DNA of 64,000 nt, taken from NCBI GenBank assembly GCA_963695545.1, contig OY968796.1, positions 32,001 to 96,000 on the forward strand, read 5' to 3'. The stretch comes from Terriglobia bacterium. GTDB taxonomy: Bacteria; Acidobacteriota; Terriglobia; Acidiferrales; UBA7541. A program made the translations under genes and the position numbers. The notes below the pieces were generated by a model. It was not told the origin of the DNA. It saw only the letters and a program-made list of their open reading frames with translations, and did no database searches. This document shows, one piece after another, positions 1-10,131 of this stretch (positions are counted from its first letter, which is position 1; every line of letters starts with the position of its first letter).

Positions 1-1
1 T

Positions 2-382
2 CTTCCGCCGGCGGAGGTGGAAGCGGTGCTGCGGGATGCTGTGGATCGCGGGCAAGGCATCGGGATTTTTGATACGGCCACGCGGCATGCGCTAACGATT
101 CTGCTGACGATTTTGCTGCCGCTCGGGACGCTGGTGACCACGCCGTTTATGCGGCCGCTTCGATGGTCGCGGATTTTCTGGACGTATCTGATGCCGGTGA
201 TTCCGTTCGTGCTGTGGTTCGATGGAGTTGTTTCGTGTCTGCGCGCGTATTCGCCGGGCGAGTTGCGCGAGATGACGGCGCGAATTTCGGCGGCGGGATA
301 CACGTGGGAAATCGGCGAGGAGAGCAAAATTCGCGGAGTGCTGCCGATTACTTACGTGGTCGGCTATCCCAAGGCGACATAG
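2..382 (+). CDS. Probable class I SAM-dependent methyltransferase-like protein, C-terminal part (5' truncated by window edge)
   Basis: Frame is open from base 2 (LPPAEVEAVLRDAV...GIGIFD...WFDGVVSCLRAYS) to TAG at 380-382. It resembles the C-terminus of a family of methyltransferase-like proteins. Confidence 0.5.
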   Translation, partial: LPPAEVEAVLRDAVDRGQGIGIFDTATRHALTILLTILLPLGTLVTTPFMRPLRWSRIFWTYLMPVIPFVLWFDGVVSCLRAYSPGELREMTARISAAGYTWEIGEESKIRGVLPITYVVGYPKAT

Positions 383-385
383 ACA

Positions 386-1804
386 TTATTTGGCCTGTGA
401 TTCGATGGCTTCGAGGGTTTTGCCTTTGGTTTCGGGCAGCCACTTGGCGACGAGAAGAAAACCGGCGACGCAAACCGCGGCGTAAATCCAGATGGTGTTT
501 CCTGTGCCGAGCGCGTGATTCAGCAGCGGAAACGTGTAGGTGAGGATGAAGCACGCGGCCCAGAGCGACATGGTGGCCACGGCCATGGCGGCGCCGCGAA
601 TGCGGTTCGGGAAAATCTCCGACAAGATGACCCAGGTGATCGGCGCGAGGGTCATGGCATAGCACGCGAGCGCCGAGATCACCAGCAGCAGCATGTGAAC
701 GCCGTGACTGCCGTGGCGATAGAAATATCCGAGCACGATGTAGATGAGACACAATCCCGCGCAACCGGCGAGCATGAGCGTGCGGCGACCGAGACGATCC
801 ACTGTGAAAATGGCGACGAACGTAAACACAACCATCACGCAGCCGGTGACCACGATGTTGAAAAGCATGGTGGAGACGGTGTACCCCGCGGCGGCGAAAA
901 TTTCCTGGGCGTAATTGAAGATCACGTTGATGCCGCAAAATTGTTGTAGGACGGCGAGCGCGATGCCGAGCGCAAGGACCTTCGCGAATTTGGATTTGAA
1001 CAGCGCGATCATCGAATGTTCCAGCTCGACATTGTCGAGAGTGGATTCGATTTCGGCCAAGACGCTGGAGGCGTAGGATTCGCCGCCGATTCGGGTTAGG
1101 ACACGGCGAGCCTTCTCTGGAGTTCGCGATGCCAGCCAGCGCGGACTTTCCGGCACGAGAAACATCGCGAGGAAAAAGATCACGGACGGAATGGCGGTGA
1201 CGCCGAACATCCAGCGCCAGCCGATTTGGCCGTTCCAGGAGTTCAGAATCGTGGCCGGGGTTGCGTCCGCGCCGACGGGCTTGGCGATCAGCCAATTCAT
1301 CACCTGGGCCATCAGGACGCCGAGGACGATGGTGAGCTCGTTGAGCGATACGAGCATGCCGCGAATCGCAGCGGGCGCGGCTTCAGCGATGTAGACCGGC
1401 GAAAGGCCGGAAGCCAACCCGATGGCGAGGCCGCCGGAGATGCGCCACAGAACGAAAGCCGTGAACACGTCTGCAGTGGCGATGCCCAGCGACGAAATCG
1501 TGAAAACAAACGCCGCGATCATCAAAGATTTCTTGCGGCCGAATTTCTGGCTGAGCATTCCGGAAACCAGCGCGCCGATGAAACAGCCAACCAGGGCGCA
1601 GCTCATGGCCCAACCTTCGCGCGCGGGATTCTGTAGATGAAAGTAAGCCTCGTAAAAAGGCTTGGCGCCGCCGATCACCACCCAGTCATAACCGAAGAGG
1701 AGTCCGCCGAGCGCCGCGGCACCGGAGATGGCCCAGATGTAGGGCATGTTGAAATGCGCGGCGACAACCGAAGGCGAGGTCTCGACGTCTGCGGCGCGCT
1801 TCAT
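386..1804 (-). CDS. Sugar porter family MFS transporter (XylE/GalP-like)
   Basis: Motifs GGLLFGYD, PESPRWL, LQQFCGINVIFNYA, DRLGRR, SEIFP and PETKGKTLE, with about 12 TM segments. Start set at ATG 1804, next to the upstream gene's stop. The N-terminal extension in the ORF track is spurious. Confidence 0.93.
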   Translation of the reverse strand: MKRAADVETSPSVVAAHFNMPYIWAISGAAALGGLLFGYDWVVIGGAKPFYEAYFHLQNPAREGWAMSCALVGCFIGALVSGMLSQKFGRKKSLMIAAFVFTISSLGIATADVFTAFVLWRISGGLAIGLASGLSPVYIAEAAPAAIRGMLVSLNELTIVLGVLMAQVMNWLIAKPVGADATPATILNSWNGQIGWRWMFGVTAIPSVIFFLAMFLVPESPRWLASRTPEKARRVLTRIGGESYASSVLAEIESTLDNVELEHSMIALFKSKFAKVLALGIALAVLQQFCGINVIFNYAQEIFAAAGYTVSTMLFNIVVTGCVMVVFTFVAIFTVDRLGRRTLMLAGCAGLCLIYIVLGYFYRHGSHGVHMLLLVISALACYAMTLAPITWVILSEIFPNRIRGAAMAVATMSLWAACFILTYTFPLLNHALGTGNTIWIYAAVCVAGFLLVAKWLPETKGKTLEAIESQAK

Positions 1805-1805
1805 T

Positions 1806-2666
1806 TCATTTCGCTTTCGCGGATGCGCAGTGCGCGGCTTGAGCTTCGGCGAAACATTCGCGCGCGATTTGAACCAGGAGCAGAGATTGTTGCCAGCGAT
1901 CGGATTCTTCGCGGCCGTCGAAGACCCGCGCGTAATAAATATTCGGCGCCAAGAGTTCCGCGGCAAAGCCGATCGCTTCGCCTTCGGCGCGCGCGCTGAG
2001 GAAGCCGGAAAAAGAGGCGGTCCACAGCGCGCGGAAATGTTGCACGTACGGGCGGCGCGCGGGATCGCCGTCTCCGATATCGACTTGCATGCAGCCGGGA
2101 TTGCCGATGCGGCCGTGGAGGAAGCGGACGTTTGCAAGCACGGGGCGAATGAATTCGAGTTTCTTGGCGAAATCGCCGTAGACCATTTCGCTGCCGGTGT
2201 ACCAGTGGGAAAAATCGCCGTTGAAGCGGAGCTGCGGAAAGCGGCGGAGGAACTGCACGGTGCGCCACATATCCTGGAATATCGTGGCACGATGCGTTTC
2301 GGGATAGAGAGGGATCGAGTGCTTCGCCGATGCGTTGAGCACGGCGTCGATCAAGCGAGCGGCTTCGGCGTCGTCTTCAAGGCCCCAGCCGAGGTGCAAT
2401 GTGAGGCATTCGAGGCCTGCGGCGCGTGCGGCGGCGGCGAGGCGTTCGGCATCGCGCGGCTCGTTCACGCGGCCGGAGCCGCACACGCGCAAGCCGAGGC
2501 TTTTCGATTCATCCAGCGCGGCGCGATCGGGAGGGTCGGTGAACTGGATGCCGTCGTAGCCGGCATCGCGAATGGCGCGCACGGGGCCGGAGGGAAACTT
2601 CGGCAGTCCGCTGAGCGCAAGCCAATTGAAATAGCAGCGAAGCGCGGGAGGCGACGGGCTATCCAT
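1806..2666 (-). CDS. Sugar phosphate isomerase/epimerase-like TIM barrel protein (AP endonuclease 2 / xylose isomerase-like)
   Basis: AGYDGIQ, YPETHR, GDFSHW and LHGRIG motifs. Overlaps the upstream gene by 8 nt. Confidence 0.75.
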   Translation of the reverse strand: MDSPSPPALRCYFNWLALSGLPKFPSGPVRAIRDAGYDGIQFTDPPDRAALDESKSLGLRVCGSGRVNEPRDAERLAAAARAAGLECLTLHLGWGLEDDAEAARLIDAVLNASAKHSIPLYPETHRATIFQDMWRTVQFLRRFPQLRFNGDFSHWYTGSEMVYGDFAKKLEFIRPVLANVRFLHGRIGNPGCMQVDIGDGDPARRPYVQHFRALWTASFSGFLSARAEGEAIGFAAELLAPNIYYARVFDGREESDRWQQSLLLVQIARECFAEAQAAHCASAKAK

Positions 2667-3504
2667 TCTTCTGGAGAGAGACGGCGCTCTTGTCTTCTTT
2701 TTTGTCGAGCCAAGCGGCGTCGTCGTTCGATTCTCCGAAGCGCTTGAGAGCCGCTTTTTTAATTTCAGAATCGGGAACTTTGATCAGCGGCGTGTAGCGC
2801 GGATGATGCGATTCCTTGTAAGGATCGTTTCGCGCGGCGTTGTAGCAGCAAATCATGGACCAGCGCGGATGCTCGGAACGATTCCGGTCGGAGCGATGCA
2901 GAATATTGGCGTGGAAGAAGAGCGTGTCGCCGGGCTCCATCTCGACGTAAACGACTTCGAGGCGCTTCAAGATTTCGTCGACGCGTTCCTGATCGGCGCC
3001 GGCTTGTTCGCCGGTCAAAACGTGTTCGATGCGGCCCAGGTGGTGCGAACCTTTGACGACTTGCAGGCATCCGTTTTCGCGCGTGGCGCGATCGACGGCG
3101 ATCGAGGCGCTGGTGAGCAACGGGAACAAAACGCCGTTCTGATACCAATAGCCGTAATCCTGATGCCAGGTCCAGGCGCCGCCGACTTTGGCGTCCTTCA
3201 TGATCATTTTCGAGTGATAGTGATAAACCTCGCCTTCGAGGAGTTTCTCGGCCGAGCCGACGATGGATTCGCTGCGCGCGACGGCGCCGTAAATCGTGTC
3301 CGTGGGATGATTCCAGAGCGAGAGTCGAGTGCGGCCGCCTTCGCCATCGTCTTTACCGTATGCGTGCTGATCGAGGACGCGATCCTCGCGGGCGGCGCGG
3401 CCGAGAAGTTCGGCCTCTTCCTTGTCGAGCATGCCTTTGACGAGAACATAGCCGTCTTCCCGGTATGCGTTTACTTGGCTTTGCGTTATGGGTCCCTTGG
3501 CCAT
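2659..3504 (-). CDS. Phytanoyl-CoA dioxygenase (PhyH) family Fe(II)/2-oxoglutarate dioxygenase
   Basis: YREDGYV, WHQD (HxD), ENGCLQVVKGSH, MEPGDTLFFH and LHRSDRNRS motifs. Confidence 0.9.
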   Translation of the reverse strand: MAKGPITQSQVNAYREDGYVLVKGMLDKEEAELLGRAAREDRVLDQHAYGKDDGEGGRTRLSLWNHPTDTIYGAVARSESIVGSAEKLLEGEVYHYHSKMIMKDAKVGGAWTWHQDYGYWYQNGVLFPLLTSASIAVDRATRENGCLQVVKGSHHLGRIEHVLTGEQAGADQERVDEILKRLEVVYVEMEPGDTLFFHANILHRSDRNRSEHPRWSMICCYNAARNDPYKESHHPRYTPLIKVPDSEIKKAALKRFGESNDDAAWLDKKEDKSAVSLQKNG

Positions 3505-3694
3505 TGCCGTACTCTCCTATATCCGGCCGTGATGCAATGAACGGTCGTGCGCTTCTTGAGAAATCTACAGCATTTACGCGGACTGTAGTGAATCGGAAAG
3601 CGGCGTGTCAATATGTATCTATCGAGGCGCGAGGCGAGCGCGGACGCGGCGCGAATGGTTGCGTCCATAGTCAGAGCGGGGAGAAAATTCTGGA

Positions 3695-4243
3695 ATGGCA
3701 CACGAATTCACGACGTCGGCGGTGAAGGATTCGATCGATCTTTTTCGGCACGCGAAAAAATTGGCGGAGCGCGCCATGGAGCAGGCGCCGGATGAGACGC
3801 TGCTTGCGACGCTCGATCCGGAATCGAATTCCATCGCGATCATCGTGAAACACATGGCGGGGAATATGAAATCGCGATTCACGGATTTCCTGACGAGCGA
3901 CGGGGAAAAAGCGGATCGGCATCGCGACACGGAATTCGAGGCTCCGCCGGAGACGCGCGCGGAGGTGATGGCGCTGTGGGAGCAGGGCTGGGGATACGTT
4001 TTCCACGCGCTGGGAGAGCTGACGGACGCGGATCTCGAGCGACGGATCACGATTCGTGGCGAACCGCATTCGGTGATGCAGGCGATTCACCGGCAGATTG
4101 GGCACGTTTCCTATCACGTTGGGCAAATCGTGTATCTCGCGAAGCACTTCGCCGGGGAAAATTGGAAGGCGATCACAGTGCCGAAGAATAAATCGGCGGC
4201 ATTCAACGCGGATGTCGCGGCGGGGCGCGCTTCGCAGCGGTAA
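3695..4243 (+). CDS. DinB/YfiT superfamily protein (DUF1572-like)
   Basis: SNSIAIIVKHMAGNM, R-DTEF and HVSYHVGQIVY His pattern. Confidence 0.85.
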   Translation: MAHEFTTSAVKDSIDLFRHAKKLAERAMEQAPDETLLATLDPESNSIAIIVKHMAGNMKSRFTDFLTSDGEKADRHRDTEFEAPPETRAEVMALWEQGWGYVFHALGELTDADLERRITIRGEPHSVMQAIHRQIGHVSYHVGQIVYLAKHFAGENWKAITVPKNKSAAFNADVAAGRASQR

Positions 4244-4334
4244 ATAACTCAAGCAGGCGGGCGACTGGGGCGCGAGGGTCGCGCGGTAACTTTTGTCGCT
4301 CCGCGTGCGTAGATAGAGTGTGAGATCCGAAACT

Positions 4335-5072
4335 ATGGATAACAACGGCGCGGCGTTCGACGCGATCGAAGTCTCCCGGCATTACACCATGGGCGACGCG
4401 GTGGTGCGCGCGGTGGATCAGCTTTCGCTCAAGATCGCGCACGGCGAATACGTCGCGCTGCTTGGAGCGTCGGGCTCGGGAAAATCCACGCTGCTCAATT
4501 TGCTGGCGGGGCTGGACCGGCCGACATCGGGCGCGATTTTCGCCAATGGGCGCGACATCAGCGGCATGAGCGGCGAGGAGCTGGCGCGGCACCGCAACCA
4601 AACCATCGGCATGGTGTTTCAGGCATTTCAACTGCTGCCGAAAATGACGCTCGAGGAAAATGTGGAATTGCCGCTGCGGCTCGCGGAAACGCCGCGGGCG
4701 GAGCGGCCGGCGCGCGTCCGCGAAGCGCTGGATCGCGTGATGCTTTCGGCGCGGCGCGCGCATCACCCGAGCCAGCTTTCAGGCGGCGAGCAGCAGCGTG
4801 CGGCGATCGCGCGCGCGCTCGTGAACCGGCCGTCGATTCTGCTGGCCGACGAGCCGACGGGCAATCTCGATAGCCGGACCGGCGAGGAAATCATGCAATT
4901 GATCGAAGGGCTGCATCGTCCCGCGGGGGCGAGCGGAGCGGCCGGTGCGGCCAGTGCGACAATCGGCATGACGGTGGTGCTGGTGACGCACGAACAGGCG
5001 CTCGCGGAGCGCTTTGCGGATCGCATCGTGACGATTTCCGACGGGCGCATCGAGCGCGAGGAACGGCGATGA
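4335..5072 (+). CDS. ABC transporter ATP-binding protein (LolD/MacB-type)
   Basis: Walker A GASGSGKST, signature LSGGEQQR, LLADEPTGNLD and VTH. ATGA overlap with the permease gene. Confidence 0.93.
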   Translation: MDNNGAAFDAIEVSRHYTMGDAVVRAVDQLSLKIAHGEYVALLGASGSGKSTLLNLLAGLDRPTSGAIFANGRDISGMSGEELARHRNQTIGMVFQAFQLLPKMTLEENVELPLRLAETPRAERPARVREALDRVMLSARRAHHPSQLSGGEQQRAAIARALVNRPSILLADEPTGNLDSRTGEEIMQLIEGLHRPAGASGAAGAASATIGMTVVLVTHEQALAERFADRIVTISDGRIEREERR

Positions 5073-6508
5073 AGGCGGGCGACCTGCTGGAATTGGCGTC
5101 GCGCAATCTGCGCGAAGCGGCGCTGCGCAATACGCTCACAACGCTGGGAATCGCGGTGGGCGTGGCGTCGCTCGTGGCCATGCTTTCACTCGGCGTGGGA
5201 TTGCAAGCGTTCGCTTCGCGGCGCCTCGAGCGCACGGGATTATTCGATTCGATTTACGTGCGGCCGCGGCAATCGGCGGCGCGGCCGAGAGGCGGGGGTG
5301 GCTTCGGCGGACCACCGGACGCGGATGCGACTGCGAATGGCGGATCCGATGACATTCGGCCGCTCGACGAAGCGGCGCGAAAAGAAATCGAGGGGTTGCC
5401 GGGCGTGATCGAGGTGTACTCGGAAGTGCATTTCACGGCGGAAGCGAGCCTGGGCGAGCGCGGTCAATTGACGACTGTCGCGGGGCTGCCGGCTTCGGCG
5501 AGCTCGAATGACGCGTTCGACGATATGCAGGGGCATTTTTTCTCAAGCGCGGATGCAAACGAAGTGATTTTGCGCGCGGAGATGGCGCAGTCGCTGGCGG
5601 ATGCGGCGAATATTCAGCCCGTAGCGCTGCTGGGCAAAACGCTTACGCTGAGTTTTCCGCAGCGACAAGCGCGCGCGGCCGAATCGGCGGCGTCGGCGCA
5701 AGCGAATCAAACGCCGGCGACGCAGCCGGCGATGAGTAGTTTGGGGCTCGGCTTCTCGATCGTTCCCATCGAGAAGCCGTTCACGATCGTCGGCATCGTG
5801 GTGTCCGGCGATCCGGGCGTGGGGCCGGGCGGGCTCGGCGGATCGGGCGCATATATTCCGCTGAAGCTCGCCGAAGGGCTCGCACCGGTGCAAGGCAGCG
5901 ATCTGCGCGAAGTGATGGATGAATCCGCCGCGGCAGGATCGGCGGGAAGCGGAGTGCGTTACGCGAATTTGACTCTGCGCACGGACGGCCCGGGATCGGT
6001 GGCCTCCGTGGAAGCCGCGATCAAGCAAATGGGCTTCAGCACGTTTTCGCTTCTGGACGTGACGCGCAATTTGCGACTGTTGTTCGCCATACTGGACACT
6101 CTGCTCGGAATTTTCGGCAGCCTGGCGCTGGCGGTTGCATCGCTTGGGATTATCAACACGCTGGTGATGGCGATTCTGGAGCGGCGCCGCGAAATTGGCG
6201 TGCTGAAGGCGCTGGGCGCGAGCAATCGCGACGTGCGGCGGCTTTTCTTTCTGGAAGCGGGAGTCATGGGCCTCGCGGGCGGAGTGGTCGGCGTGGGAAT
6301 GGGCTGGGCGATCGGGCGACTGATTCAGTTCGGCACGAGAATCTACCTGAATCGGCAAGGCGTGCCGGCGGAAAATATTTGGTCCGTGCCGTGGTGGCTG
6401 GCGTTGGGAGCGATCGGATTTGCGGTGGTGGTGAGTCTGGCGGCGGGGATTGTGCCGGCGGCGCGCGCGGCGAAGCTCGATCCGGTGGAGGCGCTGCGCT
6501 ACGAGTAG
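5069..6508 (+). CDS. ABC transporter permease (MacB/FtsX family)
   Basis: LTTLGIAVGVASLVAM, a periplasmic domain, ERRREIGVLKALGA and the C-terminal DPVEALRYE. Confidence 0.92.
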   Translation: MKAGDLLELASRNLREAALRNTLTTLGIAVGVASLVAMLSLGVGLQAFASRRLERTGLFDSIYVRPRQSAARPRGGGGFGGPPDADATANGGSDDIRPLDEAARKEIEGLPGVIEVYSEVHFTAEASLGERGQLTTVAGLPASASSNDAFDDMQGHFFSSADANEVILRAEMAQSLADAANIQPVALLGKTLTLSFPQRQARAAESAASAQANQTPATQPAMSSLGLGFSIVPIEKPFTIVGIVVSGDPGVGPGGLGGSGAYIPLKLAEGLAPVQGSDLREVMDESAAAGSAGSGVRYANLTLRTDGPGSVASVEAAIKQMGFSTFSLLDVTRNLRLLFAILDTLLGIFGSLALAVASLGIINTLVMAILERRREIGVLKALGASNRDVRRLFFLEAGVMGLAGGVVGVGMGWAIGRLIQFGTRIYLNRQGVPAENIWSVPWWLALGAIGFAVVVSLAAGIVPAARAAKLDPVEALRYE

Positions 6509-6525
6509 TTCGGAAAACAGCTCAG

Positions 6526-6575
6526 AAAAAAATATAGCCAGAGCGCCCCGCTGAGGGTCCAAGGCGCCCTGGCCG
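6526..6575 (-). terminator. Putative intrinsic terminator downstream of the PilZ gene (between convergent genes)
   Basis: Minus strand reads GGCCAGGGCGCC...GGCGCTCTGGCT as a stem, followed by ATATTTTTTT. Confidence 0.5.
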
Positions 6576-6613
6576 TGTCCTGTCCGCCTCCGCAGGTGGC
6601 AGACAAGTTCGCT

Positions 6614-6958
6614 CTACGCAGCCGATTCGTCGGTGCGCAGGAATTCGTAACGTTCGATTTCCGCAACCATGCCGAACACGCCGGCGCGTCCATCTTCGCT
6701 GGGCTCGGCGCGCTGGATGCGGCCCAGGCAGCGAACCCGCACGGGGCCGGCCAGGGTGATTTCGTGTGGCAGAGTCAAGAGGATCTCGACGGGCGAGCCG
6801 CTCTTGACGGTCTTGGGAAGGTTGAAGAAGACGCCACGCGAACTGACGTTCTTCGATTCGGTGCTCGCCTCTCCGACGGCGCTGCCTGCGGTCCAGCGGA
6901 CCGTCATCGGCAGCCTGATTCGGAAACGCTGGGCGTTTCGGCGCTCACTCTGTGTCAC
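6614..6958 (-). CDS. Stand-alone PilZ domain protein (c-di-GMP receptor)
   Basis: RRNAQR (RxxxR) and NVSSRG ((D/N)xSxxG) motifs. AGGAGG RBS before the GTG start. Confidence 0.88.
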   Translation of the reverse strand: MTQSERRNAQRFRIRLPMTVRWTAGSAVGEASTESKNVSSRGVFFNLPKTVKSGSPVEILLTLPHEITLAGPVRVRCLGRIQRAEPSEDGRAGVFGMVAEIERYEFLRTDESAA

Positions 6959-7034
6959 AACCCCTCCTGTTAAAGCCTACCGAGAGCAGCTTCCGTGATT
7001 CTGAGGTCTTGCTCGGCATCAATCCTACGCGATC

Positions 7035-7063
7035 AGGATAGCTTTCGGGCGCGACGCTCTCAA
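7035..7063 (-). promoter_or_regulatory. Putative sigma70 promoter of the PilZ gene
   Basis: TTGAGA-17 nt-TATCCT on the minus strand. Confidence 0.5.
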
Positions 7064-7201
7064 TAGAGCGAGCGTCCCATTTGATAGTTTGGAAGTTTTG
7101 GTACGGTAGTCCTACGCCGGGCCGCGCGCCGCGCGATGTTTCGCCGGCCTGCGCGCAGCGCGATGCTTCGCAGATCGGGCAACAATCAGGTCGCTTCCGG
7201 A

Positions 7202-8920
7202 TTACTCCACCGCGGAGAGACGGCGGTAGGTGCTCAGGGCGCTCTGCAACGAAAGCACGCCCAACAGGGTGCGCGGTTCCGCTCGGTGCACCACCGGCAG
7301 AAAATCCGACTCGCGCAGATAGCGCAGCGCCAATTCCAAGGGTTGATCGGGGTGCAGACGAGACACGCGCGTGCCGGGCACGGCTTCGCCTAAAACCTCC
7401 ATCAGCCTTCCCTGCCGCGCGACTTCTTCCAGGTCGCCGCGCTTGACGACGGTCCACCGGCCGACATTCGAGGAAACCATCAGCGTGTCGTCGGTTGTTT
7501 CCGCAGCGCGAGCGAGCGCGCTGGCAACCGTCTCTTCGGCGCGAAGCGTGAGATTCGGCGGCGGCTGCATGGCGTCTTCCACGCGGAGGACGCGCGACTC
7601 GCGGTGCTCCTCCATCGAGGGGAGGTTCAGGCCGTCCTGGGCGGTCATGATGTCGAAGATCGGCAGATGTTGGAATCGCCGGCTAACCAAGTATGCGATC
7701 GAGTTCGAGACCATCACGGGCAGGATGATCGAGTAGTTGCCGCTGGTTTCGAGCACCATGAAGACCGAGGTCATGGGCACGCGCAGGAATCCCGCGAACA
7801 GCGTGCCCATTCCCACCAGGGCGTAGTCTCCGACGGGGCCGGTGTATGCGGGGAAAAATCGCGCCTGCAGCGTGCCCACGGCTGCGCCCAGCATGCCACC
7901 GACGAACAAGGCGGGCGCGAACATGCCGCCCGGCGCGCCGCTTGACACCGAGAACACCGTGGCCAAAATTTTTAGAACGACGAGCAGCGCCAGGATGTGC
8001 CACAGGAAGTGGCCCGCCATGGCCTGGTCCAACTGGTCGTAGCCGGCGCCCATCACCTGGGGGAATCCCAATGCGATTATGCCGATGGCCAAGCCCGCGA
8101 TCGCCGGCAGGAAATATTGAGTCCAAGACGGAAGGGCGCGCGTGCGGCCGCGCATCCACGCAAGCAATTTCGCGAAAAACAAAGACGCAACACCGCCGAT
8201 GACGCCGAGCACCGCGTAAGCCAGCAACTCCGTGGGATGAACCATTCTGTACGGGGGGATGCGGAACATCGGCGCGGCGCCCATGAATAGGCGCATGACC
8301 ACTACGCTCGAAACAGCGGCCAGAATCACGGCGACGAGAATGCCGGCCGTCCAGGTGCCAATGATCTCTTCGATAACGAAGATCACCGCAGCAATCGGCG
8401 CGTTGAATGCCGCGGCCAATCCGGCGGCAGCGCCCACGGGCGCCAAAAGGCGTAGTTTGTCGCGCGAGAGCTGAAGGTTGCGCCCGAGAATCGAGGCGAT
8501 GCCCGCGCCCATTTGCAATGAGGGGTCTTCGGGACCAAGCGACTGGCCGCTGCCGATGGCCAGGGCGCACGCGATAAATTTTCCGATGACCGCGCGGAAG
8601 GAAATGTAGCCGTTGTAAATGTAAACGGCCGATTTGGTTTGATTCACGCCGCTGCCGCGCGCGCCCGGAAAGACCAGGATCACCAGCGCCGCAAGCGCCA
8701 GACCTGCCACAGCGGGAACGAGCAGCAAACGCAAATGAGGGATGGGTTGCGCGGCGCCGAACAGCCAACGGTGAGTGAGATCGATGGCTTTGCGAAAGCA
8801 GACCACCGCAAGACCGGAAAGCACGCCGATCACGACCGCCAGGATCAGAAAGAAATTATCTTCTTCGAGCGGAACGATGCGCCGGGCGCGGGTGACAAGG
8901 TCATCCCAAATTGATGCCAT
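7202..8920 (-). CDS. ClC family chloride channel/antiporter with C-terminal CBS domains
   Basis: GSGVN, LGPEDP, GAAAGLAAAFNAPI, FVIEEI and GGMFAP motifs, with a CBS pair at the C-terminus. Confidence 0.92.
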   Translation of the reverse strand: MASIWDDLVTRARRIVPLEEDNFFLILAVVIGVLSGLAVVCFRKAIDLTHRWLFGAAQPIPHLRLLLVPAVAGLALAALVILVFPGARGSGVNQTKSAVYIYNGYISFRAVIGKFIACALAIGSGQSLGPEDPSLQMGAGIASILGRNLQLSRDKLRLLAPVGAAAGLAAAFNAPIAAVIFVIEEIIGTWTAGILVAVILAAVSSVVVMRLFMGAAPMFRIPPYRMVHPTELLAYAVLGVIGGVASLFFAKLLAWMRGRTRALPSWTQYFLPAIAGLAIGIIALGFPQVMGAGYDQLDQAMAGHFLWHILALLVVLKILATVFSVSSGAPGGMFAPALFVGGMLGAAVGTLQARFFPAYTGPVGDYALVGMGTLFAGFLRVPMTSVFMVLETSGNYSIILPVMVSNSIAYLVSRRFQHLPIFDIMTAQDGLNLPSMEEHRESRVLRVEDAMQPPPNLTLRAEETVASALARAAETTDDTLMVSSNVGRWTVVKRGDLEEVARQGRLMEVLGEAVPGTRVSRLHPDQPLELALRYLRESDFLPVVHRAEPRTLLGVLSLQSALSTYRRLSAVE

Positions 8921-9114
8921 CGTTAGGCTGGATTCATCCGTTTCTTCCTGCTTCCCAATATATCGTAAAACGATATGACTTGCCTATGGCCTTGGCGTGG
9001 CGCGCGCGCGGGTGCGCTGAAAGAATCAACTTGTGAGCGAAAGGAGCCAGGCGGAAAGGCGCGATAGGTTCGCAAAGTCCGTCGCGCGAGGCGCGCGTCG
9101 GAAACGGGCGCGGA

Positions 9115-10131
9115 TCACGCTCGGGTAATACCCGAAGTCACTTCGGAGCGGTCGCTCTCGCGATCCAAGGCGCGATGTTGCTCTCCGCCGCGGACGACGT
9201 TTGCGACGATATAGATCGGGCGGGCCTTCATTTCCTCGAAGATACGCCCCACGTATTCGCCGATCACGCCGAGGAATAGAAGCTGCACTCCGGAAAGAAA
9301 AGTCACCACGGTGATGATGGCGGCGAAACCCTGCGGCGAGCGATGCAGCACAAGGCGCATCCACGCGGAATAGACCGTGTAAGAGCCGGAAAGGCCGATG
9401 GCGATGAGGCCCAAAATCGCGGCGGCGCGAATCGGCGCGACGGAAAAGGAAAGAATTCCATCGAAGGCGAGTTTGAAAAGGCGCAGGCTGGTGTACTTGC
9501 TTTCGCCGGCGTGGCGCGTGTCGCGCTCGACGTGAATGCCGATCTGGCGGAAGCCGACCCAGCCGCGCAGGCCGCGAAGGTAGCGATGATGCTCGGGCAT
9601 GCTGCGGATCAAGCGCACCACGCGGCGCGACATCAATCCAAAATCTCCGGCATCGAGCGGCAGGCGCACATCGGCCAGCGCGGAAATCAAGCGATAGAAA
9701 ACTTTGTAGCACAGGCGCAGCCACCAAGGTTCCTTGCGTTTAGTGCGCTGGGCGTAGACGACGTCGTAGCCATCCATGAATTTCGAGACGAAGGCCCAGA
9801 TCGCTTCGGGCGCATCCTGCAGATCGGCATCCATCACCACCGTGGCGTCGCCCGAGACGTGATCGAGCGCGGCGGAAAGCGCGGCTTGATGTCCAAAATT
9901 GCGCGACAGCACGATGAGTACGATCCGGGAATCCTTGCTCGCCGCGTCCTCGAGGATTTCCCGCGTTCCGTCGGTGCTGCCGTCATCCACGAACACAAAT
10001 TCGTGCGGGCCGCCCGCGATTTGATCGACTACGCCGACGAGGCGCCGCAGGAGCTCCGGCAACACGGATTCTTCGTTGTGAACCGGAACGGCAATCGATA
10101 ACCGAAAGGGCTTTTCGAAATGTTGGCTCAC
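9115..10131 (-). CDS. GT2 polyprenol-phosphate glycosyltransferase (GtrB/ArnC-like)
   Basis: SIAVPVHNEE, VDDGSTD, LSRNFGHQAAL, MDADLQD, GDFGLMSR, two C-terminal TMs and GEYVGRIFEEMKARP. GTG start overlaps the upstream TGA. Confidence 0.92.
   Translation of the reverse strand: MSQHFEKPFRLSIAVPVHNEESVLPELLRRLVGVVDQIAGGPHEFVFVDDGSTDGTREILEDAASKDSRIVLIVLSRNFGHQAALSAALDHVSGDATVVMDADLQDAPEAIWAFVSKFMDGYDVVYAQRTKRKEPWWLRLCYKVFYRLISALADVRLPLDAGDFGLMSRRVVRLIRSMPEHHRYLRGLRGWVGFRQIGIHVERDTRHAGESKYTSLRLFKLAFDGILSFSVAPIRAAAILGLIAIGLSGSYTVYSAWMRLVLHRSPQGFAAIITVVTFLSGVQLLFLGVIGEYVGRIFEEMKARPIYIVANVVRGGEQHRALDRESDRSEVTSGITRA

Noticed and set aside
6959..7200. c-di-GMP riboswitch upstream of the PilZ gene
   Set aside because: I could not identify class I or class II consensus elements, and the predicted leader is only about 70 nt.
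7202..8920. Fluoride-specific CLC-F exporter
   Set aside because: It lacks the GNNLI/GMGLI and GREGT signatures and has GSGVN and GPEDP instead.
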